From assembly GCA_017506175.1 (NCBI GenBank), contig JAFVNW010000060.1, forward strand, positions 11,490 to 75,489: a stretch of 64,000 bases of DNA. Direction: 5' to 3'. The notes below the pieces were generated by a model. The model worked only from the letters and a program-made list of their open reading frames with translations. It was not told where the DNA came from and searched no databases. How positions within the stretch are numbered: the stretch's first letter is position 1; every line of letters starts with the position of its first letter. Position numbers and translations under genes: made by a program. Shown in pieces: positions 17,587-28,047 of this stretch. Source of the DNA: Bacteroidales bacterium. Lineage in GTDB: Bacteria; Bacteroidota; Bacteroidia; Bacteroidales; WCHB1-69.

Positions 17587-19209
17587 ATGAAATACATTGC
17601 TGTTCTCTTGTGGGGCTTCTTTCTTTGGACAGGATTTTGTCGCGCGCAGGTTGTGATGGATGCCAGTGAGCGAAAACAGCAGGTTGATTTCATCAAGCAT
17701 GACACTCTGCCTGTGGAAATCAAGGAGTTGCCATCCGTAATCAATTCTTCTTACTCCGAGTACAACGGTATGCTTTTCTCAGACTCAACTTTCTTCTTTT
17801 CCTCTTTACGCCCCGAAAGCGAGGACGATTTCGCCAACATTTTTTCTCAATTCTGGAGCACGCGTATCTACAAAAGCAAACTGACTATCGGTGGTTATTC
17901 AAAGCCGGAGCCAATGTGCAATGCGATTAACGACGACAAATACTACAATTGCAATTTCACATTCGACAGCACCCGCACGCGCTTATTCTTCTCGCGCTGT
18001 TTGAGGGATTCTGGAAAGGAACTTCAATGCAGCCTTTGGAGCTCGGAGCGCAAGGGCGGGCATTGGCAGAAGGCGCAGCCGCTCAATCGTCGCATCAACC
18101 TGCCCGGTACCACCACCACACAGCCCTGCTGGGTGGACTACGGCGACTACAGTGTGATGTACTTCGTTTCTGATCGTCCCAAGGGATATGGTGATATGGA
18201 TATTTGGTACACGATTTTCCGAAACGGACACTTCGACGACCCCATCAATGCAGGTAGCACCATCAATACGGCGGATAATGAAGTGACGCCTTTTTACGAC
18301 AAAAACATGGGCCGACTCTATTTCAGTTCCGATGGAACGCATCTGACCATAGGCGGTTACGATATATTCGTCTCCCATGGTTCCCTAAGCCAGTGGAGTG
18401 AACCCGTAAATGTGGGCGTGCCTATCAACTCCGAGGCAAATGATATTTATTTTATTGTAAATCAGCATAATAAAGATGGTTTTTTCGCTTCCAACCGTCC
18501 GAAAAGCCCCGATGACGATGCCGACACCTGCTGTACCGACCTCTATTCATTTCATTATCTATATGAAAAGGATACTATGCCACAGGAGGATACGGTCGTT
18601 GCTGACACTATCTCCGTGACGGAGAAGGCGGTTTTGCTCTTGCCGATTACGCTCTATTTCCATAATGACGAACCCGACCCGAAAACCACTGCCACCACTA
18701 CAAAGCAGAATTATCGAAACACATTGGCTAACTATCTGGCATTGAACGATTTATATCAAGATGAGTATTCAAAAGGGTTGAAGGGGGCCGCAGCCGCTGA
18801 AGCGCGTAGGAAAATCGCGCGCTTTTTCGCTGATTCCGTGGAAAATGGATTCCGCAAATTGGAGGAGTTCACCGCCTTGCTGCTTCGCGACTTGAAGGCG
18901 GGCAAAAATGTGGAGATCACCATTTGTGGTTTCGCAAGTCCTTTGCACAGAGCCGATTACAACCTTGCGCTCTCTTCTCGTCGTATCGCCTCTTTTGTCA
19001 ATTATCTTCAAGATTACGCCAACGGGATTTTCCTGCCCTATTTGAGCGGATCTGCCCGAAACCGGCTGACCGTCATCTGTGAGCCGGAAGGCTCCTCTTT
19101 GGCCAAACGCGAGGTGAGCGACAACCCCAACGACCAGCGCAATTCGGTCTATAGTATTGCCGCCTCCAAGGAGAGAAAGATTCAGATTACGAAGTATGTC
19201 GCCGAGTGA
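17587..19209 (+). CDS. OmpA-family protein with TolB-like beta-propeller repeats
   Basis: Signal peptide, repeated (F/Y)FxSxR beta-propeller-like segments, and C-terminal OmpA-like ITICGFASPLHRADYNLALSSRRIASF. This pairing with PorP/SprF genes is common. Confidence 0.75.
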   Translation: MKYIAVLLWGFFLWTGFCRAQVVMDASERKQQVDFIKHDTLPVEIKELPSVINSSYSEYNGMLFSDSTFFFSSLRPESEDDFANIFSQFWSTRIYKSKLTIGGYSKPEPMCNAINDDKYYNCNFTFDSTRTRLFFSRCLRDSGKELQCSLWSSERKGGHWQKAQPLNRRINLPGTTTTQPCWVDYGDYSVMYFVSDRPKGYGDMDIWYTIFRNGHFDDPINAGSTINTADNEVTPFYDKNMGRLYFSSDGTHLTIGGYDIFVSHGSLSQWSEPVNVGVPINSEANDIYFIVNQHNKDGFFASNRPKSPDDDADTCCTDLYSFHYLYEKDTMPQEDTVVADTISVTEKAVLLLPITLYFHNDEPDPKTTATTTKQNYRNTLANYLALNDLYQDEYSKGLKGAAAAEARRKIARFFADSVENGFRKLEEFTALLLRDLKAGKNVEITICGFASPLHRADYNLALSSRRIASFVNYLQDYANGIFLPYLSGSARNRLTVICEPEGSSLAKREVSDNPNDQRNSVYSIAASKERKIQITKYVAE

Positions 19210-19256
19210 GACTCAATCAATCACATTCATTGGTTGATTTCTCCTCACTCCCATAC

Positions 19257-20612
19257 TTAGTTCCCTATTCCCAATGCACCGGTAATCAGTACGATGATGA
19301 GTGCGAGTGGGGCGATGTAGCGGATGATGAAATAATAGATTTTGAAGTACTTGGCCTTAAGGGTGCCTCCGTTAGAAAGCTCGTTCCAGACCTCCTCTTT
19401 GCGGTAGAACCAGCCGAAGAAGATGGTGAAGGCGAGGGCTCCGATGGGCATGAAATAGGTCGCGGTCAGTTCGTCGAACAGGTCGAATACACAAAGCCCG
19501 CCGATGGTGAAGTCGCTCCACGATCCCAACGACAGCGAGCATACTGCACCGATGGCGAAGATGACAAATGAGATCAGGATGGTAGCGGTGATGCGCTTCA
19601 TCTTCAGTTCTTCCACTGCCCACAGCACAAGGATTTCCAGCAGAGAGATGGTGGAAGTGAGGGCGGCGATGGCGAGGAGAACGAAGAACAAGATGGCGAA
19701 AACCATTCCTAACGGCATGTTATTGAATACGTTAGGGAGTGTGATGAAGACAAGGCTCGGGCCACTTTCAGGGCTGAGCCCGAAAGCGAAGACGGCGGGG
19801 AAAATGGCGATGCCGGCCAGCAGTGCAATCAGCGTGTCGGTGCCGGCGATGCAGACACTGGTCTTCAGCAGGTCGTCGTTCTTGCGGATATAGGAACCGT
19901 AAGTGACGAGAAGCCCCATGCCGATACTCAGTGAGAACATGGCCTGTCCAAGTGCGGATAGCACACCTGTGGCTGTGAAGTTGTTGAAATCGGGTTTGAA
20001 CAGGAACTTGAGTCCTTCGCTGGCGCCGTCAAGGGTGACGGAGCGGACGCAGAGCAGAATCATCAGCAGAAAGAGAATCGGCATCAGGATTTTGGTAAAC
20101 TTCTCAATGCCTTTTTGTACTCCCATGACCACTATGACGCCTGTGAGAATCAAGAAAGCGGCTTGGGTGATGAGGGGCAGGTAAGAGCTTTGGGTGAATT
20201 GGGTGAAAATCTCTCCGACGGCTGCCGCATCCTTGCCTGCGAAACCACCGGTGGCCGAAAGAGCAATATAGTTGAGTGTCCAGCCGGCCACTACGCTATA
20301 GAAGGAGTAAATCATGAAGCCGCAGATGAGGCCGAGAATACCGATGCCCATCCAACCCTTATGCTTGGGGCTGAGTACGCGGTAGGCACCTACCACGTTG
20401 CTTTGCGAGCGGCGCCCGATGGCGAACTCCGTCATCATCAGCGGAACGCCGAGGAAAATGACGAAGATGATGTAGATGAGGAGGAAGGCACCGCCACCGT
20501 TCTGACCGAGGGTGTAGGGGAATCTCCAGATGTTGCCCAGCCCGATGGCCGAGCCCGCTGCCGCCGCTATCGCACCGATATTGGAGGTGAATCCGCGTTG
20601 ATTGTTTTCCAT
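19257..20612 (-). CDS. sodium-dependent transporter (neurotransmitter:sodium symporter / SNF family)
   Basis: GLGNIWRFPY signature near the N-terminus; about 11-12 hydrophobic helices. Confidence 0.88.
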   Translation of the reverse strand: MENNQRGFTSNIGAIAAAAGSAIGLGNIWRFPYTLGQNGGGAFLLIYIIFVIFLGVPLMMTEFAIGRRSQSNVVGAYRVLSPKHKGWMGIGILGLICGFMIYSFYSVVAGWTLNYIALSATGGFAGKDAAAVGEIFTQFTQSSYLPLITQAAFLILTGVIVVMGVQKGIEKFTKILMPILFLLMILLCVRSVTLDGASEGLKFLFKPDFNNFTATGVLSALGQAMFSLSIGMGLLVTYGSYIRKNDDLLKTSVCIAGTDTLIALLAGIAIFPAVFAFGLSPESGPSLVFITLPNVFNNMPLGMVFAILFFVLLAIAALTSTISLLEILVLWAVEELKMKRITATILISFVIFAIGAVCSLSLGSWSDFTIGGLCVFDLFDELTATYFMPIGALAFTIFFGWFYRKEEVWNELSNGGTLKAKYFKIYYFIIRYIAPLALIIVLITGALGIGN

Positions 20613-20772
20613 TTTTGATGTTTTTGAAAAAATGAGGACAAAATTAGTGATTTTTTTTCATTCCATCAATTCATAATCATGAATTAACAATTGCTTTTGA
20701 TCAAGGGTATCTTTGGATGATTCTGCATCAGGGTAAAAGTGGAGAGGCGAAATGATGCATTTCCACAGGAGT

Positions 20773-22113
20773 TTATTGTCCTCTTTTCATTCTCCTCAAA
20801 AAAAACCATAGCATCAGCGCGGTTACAATAGCCGCACACAGGTCGGCGCAGGGCATCGCCCACCACGCACCATCCAGCCCGAAAATCGGCGGCAAAAGAA
20901 TGATGAAGGGAATCAGGAAGATGATTTGGCGGGAAAGCGCAAGGAAGATGGAGACTTTCGCCTTGCCGATGGATTGGAAAAAATTGGAGGTCACCACTTG
21001 GAATCCGACGATGAACAACATTCCACAGCACATTCGCATCGCGCGTGCGGTGAGTCGAATCACCTCTTGGTTGTCGGTGAAGGCGCGGGCGATGTACTCC
21101 GGCATCAGTTGCACCGCCGCAAACCCGATGATACTTACTATTGACCCCCATTTCACTGTCAGTTTGTAGGTATCCATTGTGCGATCCATCTGCCTGGCCC
21201 CGTAGTTGAAGCCTACAATCGGCTGCATGCCGTGGGCCAACCCTAGCACAATGGTGATGACCAGCGCCAGAATGCTGTTCACGATGCCGAATGCCGCAAC
21301 GGAGAGGTTGCCCCCGTACTCAATCAGCCGCCAGTTCATGAGAATGGCGACCAAGCTGGAGCAGACATGGATGACGAATGGTGCCAGCCCGATGGCGAAG
21401 ACGCTTCCGATGAGCGAGGTGTCAAGGCGCATTGCCGATTTCGTGAAATGGATGTAGTTTTTTTTGCTGATGAAGTGTGCCAGTACCCAAATCATGCCGA
21501 TGAACTGCGAGATAACGGTGGCGGTGGCGGCTCCGCGGATTCCCCAATGGAAAACGAAGAGAAAAAGCGGCGCCAGAATCAGGTTGCAGCCGACGGTCAT
21601 TAGCACCGAAACCATTGCCTTTGTCGGATAGCCGGAGGCTCGCATGATGCTGTTGAGCCCGAAAAAGATGTGGGTGATGGGATTGCCAATGAGGATAATC
21701 TGGATGAAGTCGCGGGCATAGGGAATGGTTTCCTCGTCGGCCCCGAACAAATAGAGAATGGGGTCGAGGAAGATGAGGGCGAGTACGGAAAAGAGAATGC
21801 TGATTATAATGTTTAGAATCAGAGCATTGCTGAGGATCTGCTGTGCATCGTTCAACTTCTTCTCACCCATTTTGATGGAGGTGAGCGTCCCGGAACCGGC
21901 ACCGACTAGCGTGCCGAGTGCTGTAGCTAAGTTCATCACGGGCAAAGTGATGCCCAATCCAGCCAAGGCAATCGCACCGACACCTTGCCCTATAAACATC
22001 CGGTCGATGACGTTGTACAGTGAAGAGGCTGCTGTGGCTATAATCGCAGGCATAGCAAACGACCAAAGCAACTTTCTAATGTTCCCAGTTTCTAATTCGG
22101 TCGTGTGAGACAT
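20773..22113 (-). CDS. MATE-family efflux transporter
   Basis: 446 aa and 12-TM-like. The N-terminal GNIRKLLWSFAMPAI...SLYNVIDRMFIGQ is typical of MATE/NorM proteins. Confidence 0.85.
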   Translation of the reverse strand: MSHTTELETGNIRKLLWSFAMPAIIATAASSLYNVIDRMFIGQGVGAIALAGLGITLPVMNLATALGTLVGAGSGTLTSIKMGEKKLNDAQQILSNALILNIIISILFSVLALIFLDPILYLFGADEETIPYARDFIQIILIGNPITHIFFGLNSIMRASGYPTKAMVSVLMTVGCNLILAPLFLFVFHWGIRGAATATVISQFIGMIWVLAHFISKKNYIHFTKSAMRLDTSLIGSVFAIGLAPFVIHVCSSLVAILMNWRLIEYGGNLSVAAFGIVNSILALVITIVLGLAHGMQPIVGFNYGARQMDRTMDTYKLTVKWGSIVSIIGFAAVQLMPEYIARAFTDNQEVIRLTARAMRMCCGMLFIVGFQVVTSNFFQSIGKAKVSIFLALSRQIIFLIPFIILLPPIFGLDGAWWAMPCADLCAAIVTALMLWFFLRRMKRGQ

Positions 22114-22154
22114 GTGTCGCGAATCGTTATAGCTCTTGCCTTCTATTTTCTAAC

Positions 22155-22541
22155 TCAATGAAAGTCTCCGCGCAGCTCGCGATATCGTTTTCTTGCATCA
22201 ATGGTATAGAGGCTATCAGGATAAACGGTCAGGATTTTTTGGTAATACTCCATCGCTTTGTTGGAGTCCTTGAGGTTGTAGTCGTAGAGTTGTGCCATCA
22301 AGAAGGTGGCATCATCGCCAAGGAGTTCATAAGTGTACTCTGTAATCACTTTGTTCAGAAGCTGTTCAGCACCGAGGTAGTCTTTTTTCTTCAAGCATAT
22401 TTTCGCTTTCTGGTAATAGACGTCGTCGGCCAATTTCCCGTAAGGGGCAAGGATGAGGATGGAGTCCAGCATTTGCAGGGCATCGTCATCTTTGTTCTGG
22501 AACATCAGGAAGTCGGCTTTGGCATAGTAGCGGAGCGGCAT
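22155..22541 (-). CDS. TPR-repeat protein, C-terminal piece (probably the 3' part of 22505..24025 after a frameshift)
   Basis: TPR-like helices (YYQKAKICLKKKDYLGAEQLL; AMEYYQKILTVYPDS). It overlaps the upstream ORF by 37 nt in another frame. Confidence 0.55.
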   Translation of the reverse strand: MPLRYYAKADFLMFQNKDDDALQMLDSILILAPYGKLADDVYYQKAKICLKKKDYLGAEQLLNKVITEYTYELLGDDATFLMAQLYDYNLKDSNKAMEYYQKILTVYPDSLYTIDARKRYRELRGDFH

Positions 22542-24025
22542 TTGCTTTTTGCATCGGAGGTGAAAAGTCCCTCGTCGCTGTCTTCGTCGGTCTCTTCATC
22601 TTCGACTTCGTTGTCGGAGATGAGGAAGGAGAAGTACATGGCGTCGTTGGCAATGAACTTGGAGGTGGCGGCGCGGAGCACGTCCAGCTGGCTTTTCGCC
22701 CAAGCGAATTCACCGATGTAGAACGACAGTTTCGCATTCTTGAACTTAGCGGCTTGACCAATCAAATCGTTGGGAAGGTCTTTGTCAACTTGCGAGTAGA
22801 GGAGGGTGGCATCCCACACATTCCCCTGATAGAGATAGATGTCGGCGAGGTCGATTTTGTACTGTCCTTTCTCTTTCGGGTCGCGTGCGCTGTTGGTGAT
22901 GGCTTGGTTGAGCAGCTCAATGGCCTGTTCGGGCTTATTGACATAGAAGGCCAGCAGATGTGCGTATTTCCTGGTCCATTCTGCGGTGCTTTGTGTCAGT
23001 CCGAACTCGTCCAAGGTCTGTTTGAACTCGGATTCCAAAGTTTGGGCTTGTATAGGGTTGATAGGGGAGGTGGAGGAGAGTTGTTCATATTTGACATTGA
23101 GGAGCATGAAGCGCGATTCCGTCGAGAATCGGCTTTCGGAACCTTTGGCTATCAGATAGTTGAGTGCTTCAATAGCGACGGGGTAGTCCTTGCTTGCGAT
23201 GGCTTCGCAGGCAAGATCGTACACGCGGGCACCCTCGCCTTTGTACTTGCGGTCGATGGATTTGGCAATGATCAGTGCATCGGCATAGTTGCGATGTTGC
23301 TGGTAAATCCATTGAAGCAGCATCATGTAGCAAGTGTTGTCGGGGGCTTCCGACGAGCGGCGTAGCAGGGCATTCAGTGCTGCTTGATAGCGTTGGTCGT
23401 CTTCATCGCCTGCCAGCAGGTTCTGGAGAATCTGCTGCACATTGGAGAGCTTGCTGTTGTCGTCGTTTTTGACCATGTTCAGGGCCTCCTCCACAACTAG
23501 GTCGGTGCGCCCCATCTCTGTATATACCTTGGTCAGCTCGGTGGTGAACAGCTGGTCGTTGTTCAGCAATTTGCGTCCCCGTTCCAATGTGCTTACCGCG
23601 TATTGGTACTGTTTTCTTGCCAAAAAGGCGTTGTATAGCTCTTTGACGGAATTCTCCTGCGCTGGCACATCCTTGATGGCATCCATATAGACCTTGTCGG
23701 CTGCCGCTTTGTTGCCGCTGGTTTCATAGACGTAGCCCAAGTCGATTTTGTAGCGTTGTGTTTTTGGGGAAATGCGTTGCTGTTTTTTGACAATTTTTTC
23801 CGCCTCTTTGAAATCGCCCAATTGCAGCAGTGTTTGATAATAATAATAATATATGTATGAGTTCGGGTTGGAGTTATAGACTCTTTCAAACATCTGCGCG
23901 GCCTTGTCGTATTCCGCATTTTGGAAATACTGGATGCCCAACTGCTCCTCCTGCGGGCGTTGCTTTTGGGCGAAGCCGCTGAAAGACAGTAGAAAAAGCA
24001 GAAATAGTATGGGCAGTTTTTTCAT
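22505..24025 (-). CDS. TPR-repeat protein with signal peptide (N-terminal piece)
   Basis: Signal peptide MKKLPILFLLFLLSFSGFAQ and multiple TPR-like repeats. It ends in an acidic stretch, then an out-of-frame-looking tail (KSKCRSATMPKPTS). Confidence 0.7.
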   Translation of the reverse strand: MKKLPILFLLFLLSFSGFAQKQRPQEEQLGIQYFQNAEYDKAAQMFERVYNSNPNSYIYYYYYQTLLQLGDFKEAEKIVKKQQRISPKTQRYKIDLGYVYETSGNKAAADKVYMDAIKDVPAQENSVKELYNAFLARKQYQYAVSTLERGRKLLNNDQLFTTELTKVYTEMGRTDLVVEEALNMVKNDDNSKLSNVQQILQNLLAGDEDDQRYQAALNALLRRSSEAPDNTCYMMLLQWIYQQHRNYADALIIAKSIDRKYKGEGARVYDLACEAIASKDYPVAIEALNYLIAKGSESRFSTESRFMLLNVKYEQLSSTSPINPIQAQTLESEFKQTLDEFGLTQSTAEWTRKYAHLLAFYVNKPEQAIELLNQAITNSARDPKEKGQYKIDLADIYLYQGNVWDATLLYSQVDKDLPNDLIGQAAKFKNAKLSFYIGEFAWAKSQLDVLRAATSKFIANDAMYFSFLISDNEVEDEETDEDSDEGLFTSDAKSKCRSATMPKPTS

Positions 24026-24045
24026 CCGTAGAGGTGGTAGAAAAG

Positions 24046-25317
24046 TTAGTCAATGATGTCGAAATGGGTGTAGGGGCGGAGTACTTCAGGCACGACGATC
24101 CCTTCGGGGGTTTGGTAGTTCTCAATGATGGCGGCCATCACGCGCGGGAGGGCGAGGGCGCTGCCGTTCAACGTGTGGGCAAGGCGCATTTTGCCGTTCT
24201 CATCTTTGAAACGCAGCTTCAGACGATTGGCCTGATAGCTTTCGAAGTTGGAGATAGAGCTCACTTCCAGCCATTTCTCCTGTGCGCGGGAGAATACTTC
24301 AAGGTCGTAGGTGAGGGCGGAGGTGAAGCTGATGTCGCCGCCGCAGAGACGAAGCACGCGGAAGGGCAGTCCGAGGCGTTGGAGCAGCGACATACCGTAC
24401 TGTTTCATCTCTTCCAGCGTTTCGTAGGATTTGTCGGGATGTTCCACTTGTACGATTTCCACTTTGTCGAACTGATGGAGGCGGTTTAAGCCGCGTACGT
24501 CTTTGCCGTAGGAGCCGGCTTCGCGGCGGAAGCAAGCGGAATAGGCACAATTCTTGATCGGAAAGTCGCTGGCTTTCAGGATGGTATCGCGATAGATGTT
24601 GGTGACGGGCACTTCGGCAGTGGGGATGAGGTAGAGGTTGTCGAGGTCCACGTGGTACATCTGAGCTTCTTTGTCGGGCAGCTGCCCGGTGGCGTAAGCG
24701 GAGGCTTCGTTCACTACGTAGGGCGGTTCCACTTCGCGGTAGCCGTGTTCGCTGGCGGAGTCGAGGAAGAAGTTGATGAGGGCGCGTTGCATCTTTGCAC
24801 CTTTGCCTTTATAGACGGGGAATCCAGCGCCGGTGATCTTGACGCCCAGCTCAAAGTCGATGATGTCGTATTTCTTTACGAGCTCCCAGTGGGGGAGGGC
24901 GGGTGTCTTGAAGGCGGAGGCATCTCCTTCTTGGTAAACCACCTCGTTGTCTTCTGCGCCTTTGCCGCAGGGAACGGAAGTGTGCGGCATATTCGGCAGC
25001 AGCACCATCAGCTCATTGATCTTACGGTCCTTGTCGGCTAGTTCAGTCTGAAGTGCTTTCTCGTCGGCTTTGAGTTGGGCGGTTTGCGCCTTCATGGCCT
25101 CGGCCTCGTCGCGTTTGCCCTCCTTGAACAATTGCCCGATGGACTTGGCCAGTTTGCCCTGTTCCATCAGATTGTTGTCCAAAGTCTTTTTCGTCTGACG
25201 AATCTGCGTGTCGATTTCGAGGATATTGTTAATCAATTCCGTAGCATCAAAATTCTTAACCTTCAGTCTCTCAATGACATACGAAGGATTTTCGCGAATG
25301 ACTTGTATCTGTAGCAT
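24046..25317 (-). CDS. serS: serine--tRNA ligase
   Basis: N-terminal coiled-coil arm (MLQIQVIRENP...) and class II aaRS motifs (FRREAGSYGKDVRGLNRLHQFDKVE; TLNGSALA). Confidence 0.95.
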   Translation of the reverse strand: MLQIQVIRENPSYVIERLKVKNFDATELINNILEIDTQIRQTKKTLDNNLMEQGKLAKSIGQLFKEGKRDEAEAMKAQTAQLKADEKALQTELADKDRKINELMVLLPNMPHTSVPCGKGAEDNEVVYQEGDASAFKTPALPHWELVKKYDIIDFELGVKITGAGFPVYKGKGAKMQRALINFFLDSASEHGYREVEPPYVVNEASAYATGQLPDKEAQMYHVDLDNLYLIPTAEVPVTNIYRDTILKASDFPIKNCAYSACFRREAGSYGKDVRGLNRLHQFDKVEIVQVEHPDKSYETLEEMKQYGMSLLQRLGLPFRVLRLCGGDISFTSALTYDLEVFSRAQEKWLEVSSISNFESYQANRLKLRFKDENGKMRLAHTLNGSALALPRVMAAIIENYQTPEGIVVPEVLRPYTHFDIID

Positions 25318-25336
25318 AACATTAATTTTTGGGGTG

Positions 25337-25344
25337 CAAATTTA
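25337..25344 (-). promoter_or_regulatory. Bacteroidota -7 promoter box for serS (TAAATTTG on the minus strand)
   Basis: Reverse complement of CAAATTTA, 20 nt upstream of the serS start. Confidence 0.5.
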
Positions 25345-25500
25345 CTGAAATTGCGTGAAGTATGGGACGGATGAGGCCATTTTTTGAAAAAAATTAAGTA
25401 TCCGCGTCATACAGAATTGGATTGGGAATGTAGAAGGCGTTTTTTGTTCAGTCTTTCAAAATATATTTTCCTAAAACACAATTTATTGCAAATAGATTTG

Positions 25501-25508
25501 TATCTTTG
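25501..25508 (+). promoter_or_regulatory. Bacteroidota -7 promoter box (TATCTTTG)
   Basis: TAnnTTTG match 24 nt upstream of ATG 25532. Confidence 0.5.
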
Positions 25509-25531
25509 CAGCCGTTTAAAAATACGTATCT

Positions 25532-26494
25532 ATGGGATTTTTTTCTATTTTTTCAAAAGAGAAGAAAGAAGAGCTGAATAAAGGGCTGGAAAAGTCCAAG
25601 GAAAGCTTTTTCGCGAAGTTGGCGAAGACGGTCATCGGCAAGTCGAAAGTGGATGACGAGGTGCTGGACAATCTCGAAGAGGTTCTGGTGACGTCGGATG
25701 TGGGAGTGGAAACCACTTTGAAAATCATAGAGAGAATCCAGTCGCGCGTTTCTCGTGACAAATACTTGGGGACGGGTCAGTTGAATGAGATTTTGCGCGA
25801 GGAGATTGGGGATTTGCTGATGGAGAACAATCAGGAGAACCTCTCCGATTTTGAGATTCCGAAGATGGAACGCCCGTATGTGATTATGGTGGTGGGCGTG
25901 AATGGAGCTGGTAAGACGACGACCATCGGCAAACTGGCCTATCAATACAAGAACAAAGGATATTCAGTAATGTTGGGCGCTGCCGACACTTTCCGTGCTG
26001 CCGCTGTTGACCAGCTTCAGGTTTGGGCCGAGCGTGCCGGTGTCCCGATTGTGGTCCAACCGATGGGCGCAGACCCCGCTTCTGTGGCCTTCGACACGGT
26101 GAAGTCCGCCGTTGCCAAGAAGTGCGATATTGTGCTGATTGACACGGCTGGCCGTCTGCACAACAAAGCCAACTTGATGCGTGAGTTAACTAAAATCAAG
26201 AATGTTACCGGCAAACTCCTCCCCGGAACCCCTGACGAAATCCTGCTCGTTCTGGATGGCTCCACCGGTCAGAATGCTATTGAACAAGCCAAGCAATTTA
26301 CGGCTGCAACAGAGGTTAATGCGTTGGCAATCACCAAATTGGACGGTACGGCCAAAGGGGGTGTCGTCATCGGCATCTCAGACCAGTTCAAAATTCCAGT
26401 GAAATATATCGGGGTAGGGGAGAGGATTGACCAGTTGCAGGTGTTCAACCGTCAGGAATTTGTGGATTCGTTCTTTCCTGAGGGTGGGTTGTAG
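25532..26494 (+). CDS. ftsY: signal recognition particle receptor FtsY
   Basis: SRP GTPase motifs GVNGAGKTTTIGKLA, DTAGRL and TKLDGTAKGG. Confidence 0.95.
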   Translation: MGFFSIFSKEKKEELNKGLEKSKESFFAKLAKTVIGKSKVDDEVLDNLEEVLVTSDVGVETTLKIIERIQSRVSRDKYLGTGQLNEILREEIGDLLMENNQENLSDFEIPKMERPYVIMVVGVNGAGKTTTIGKLAYQYKNKGYSVMLGAADTFRAAAVDQLQVWAERAGVPIVVQPMGADPASVAFDTVKSAVAKKCDIVLIDTAGRLHNKANLMRELTKIKNVTGKLLPGTPDEILLVLDGSTGQNAIEQAKQFTAATEVNALAITKLDGTAKGGVVIGISDQFKIPVKYIGVGERIDQLQVFNRQEFVDSFFPEGGL

Positions 26495-27033
26495 AGTCGT
26501 TCCCTGCTGAATTCGCAGCCGCAATACAATTGGTTGTAAAACCCGTTTTCCTTTAACAAGGTGTTTCTGCGTTCTTGCAGTCCGCCCTTGCGCCAGTTCT
26601 TGTCCCAGAACTGAACATCGGGGTAGCGCGCGACGGCTTCGTTGCCGGCTTCGGCAATTTGCGCCAAATCTTTCCAGCGCGATGAACCTAAGGTGGTGGC
26701 TATCAGTGGAAAACCATGTTCGTGCGCATATCTCGCAGTTTCTGCCAACCGGTATTTGAAACATTCCAGGCATCGGTTCCCGCGTTCCGGCTCCTGCTCC
26801 ATGCCGGCGGCTACCCGGCAATCCCATTCTGCGTGGTCGTATTCCCCATCCACAATCTCAATGCCCAGCTTCCGTGCGTACTTCGTACACTCGTTTTTGC
26901 GGATTATATACTCTTCCTCAGGGAAAATGTTCGGATTGAAATAGTACAACGTGGGCTGCCAGTCATTTTGCAGCATCCATTCCAAAATGGCCGCCGAACA
27001 AGGCGCACAACAACAATGCAGTAAAACGTTCAT
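26452..27033 (-). CDS. queH: epoxyqueuosine reductase QueH (the ORF track extends to 27075; Met at 27033 preferred)
   Basis: MNVLLHCCCAPCS N-terminal motif and C-terminal LYCGCEFS, typical of DUF208/QueH. The 3' end overlaps the ftsY 3' end convergently. Confidence 0.85.
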   Translation of the reverse strand: MNVLLHCCCAPCSAAILEWMLQNDWQPTLYYFNPNIFPEEEYIIRKNECTKYARKLGIEIVDGEYDHAEWDCRVAAGMEQEPERGNRCLECFKYRLAETARYAHEHGFPLIATTLGSSRWKDLAQIAEAGNEAVARYPDVQFWDKNWRKGGLQERRNTLLKENGFYNQLYCGCEFSRERLYNPPSGKNESTNS

Positions 27034-27144
27034 TATAGAGGTATGATGCATGAGGTACAGGGCATTATTCGCCATTCACATTCATTAAAAAAAAGTAGGG
27101 CCGATGAACATCAACCCTACATTTCTTTCTGTTTATGTTGGATG

Positions 27145-28047
27145 TTAGTCGTCGTATTCGTAGAAGTAGGAGGTCGTGTTGTTGATTGTGTTGGTCATGT
27201 TGCCGATAACTTGGGTGGTGACTTTTTTCTCGGTCATTTGAGTCGGGTATTTGTGGTCAACGCTCGGGTAGGTGTAGGTGTAGTCCCAAGTGGTGTTATT
27301 CCATGCGGAGTTGGTTTCGTGAATTGTGGCGGGCGCATTCTTGGATTGGTTGTAGGCATTGTTGTCGTTGCTATGGCTAAAGAGTTTGTAGAATGGGTTC
27401 ATGTAGTCGCTGTAGGTGTAAGTGAAGACTTGTTCCACATTGGCGGTGTTGTTGCGCACAATGGCCTTTTGAACGTTTACACCATCGTACTCGAAGGAAA
27501 CGACCATTTCGGTTTTGCCTTTGAAACCGCGTTGCGCTTCGGCTTGCATGATTTTGCCGAAATCGCAGGCGAACTCGGGAGCGATGAAACGCATGGCGGA
27601 TTCGGCCATACGGCTCTTCATGAAATCGTCATCGTTGAGGGTGATGTCTATTTTGCTGATGAGTTTGCCGTCGTGTGAGAATTTCATGGTGCCGACTTCG
27701 TCAGAGCCTTCGGTGACTTTAATATTGTCGAAATATCTTCCGTCGTAATTGTAAGTCATCGTGTAGGTGCCGTCGGAGATGCTCTTCACCTGTTTCTTGT
27801 CGTAGGTGAAGGTTTCGGTGTAGCTGTTGTCTCCGATGGGGTCGGTATCGGCATGTTTGATGCTCATCAGCAGGTTGTCTTCCCAATCCCAAGTTTCAGT
27901 CAGGACTTTGTCCTGTCCTTCATATTGGACATAGATTTTCTCGATTTTTTCTTTCGGTTTGTAAACGCCATCCTTGTTGCAGGAAGTGAATCCGAAAACA
28001 ACTGCGCAGACTAAAGCTGCCATTGCGATTTTTTTAATGCTTTTCAT
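27145..28047 (-). CDS. hypothetical lipoprotein
   Basis: Signal peptide with lipobox (VVFGFTSCNKDG); no recognised domain. Confidence 0.6.
   Translation of the reverse strand: MKSIKKIAMAALVCAVVFGFTSCNKDGVYKPKEKIEKIYVQYEGQDKVLTETWDWEDNLLMSIKHADTDPIGDNSYTETFTYDKKQVKSISDGTYTMTYNYDGRYFDNIKVTEGSDEVGTMKFSHDGKLISKIDITLNDDDFMKSRMAESAMRFIAPEFACDFGKIMQAEAQRGFKGKTEMVVSFEYDGVNVQKAIVRNNTANVEQVFTYTYSDYMNPFYKLFSHSNDNNAYNQSKNAPATIHETNSAWNNTTWDYTYTYPSVDHKYPTQMTEKKVTTQVIGNMTNTINNTTSYFYEYDD

Noticed and set aside
26452-26494. 43-nt convergent overlap of the ftsY and queH 3' ends as a regulatory feature.
   Set aside because: The queH tail after the conserved CGCEFS motif is probably just a late stop read from the ftsY antisense strand. 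Nothing else supports a function.
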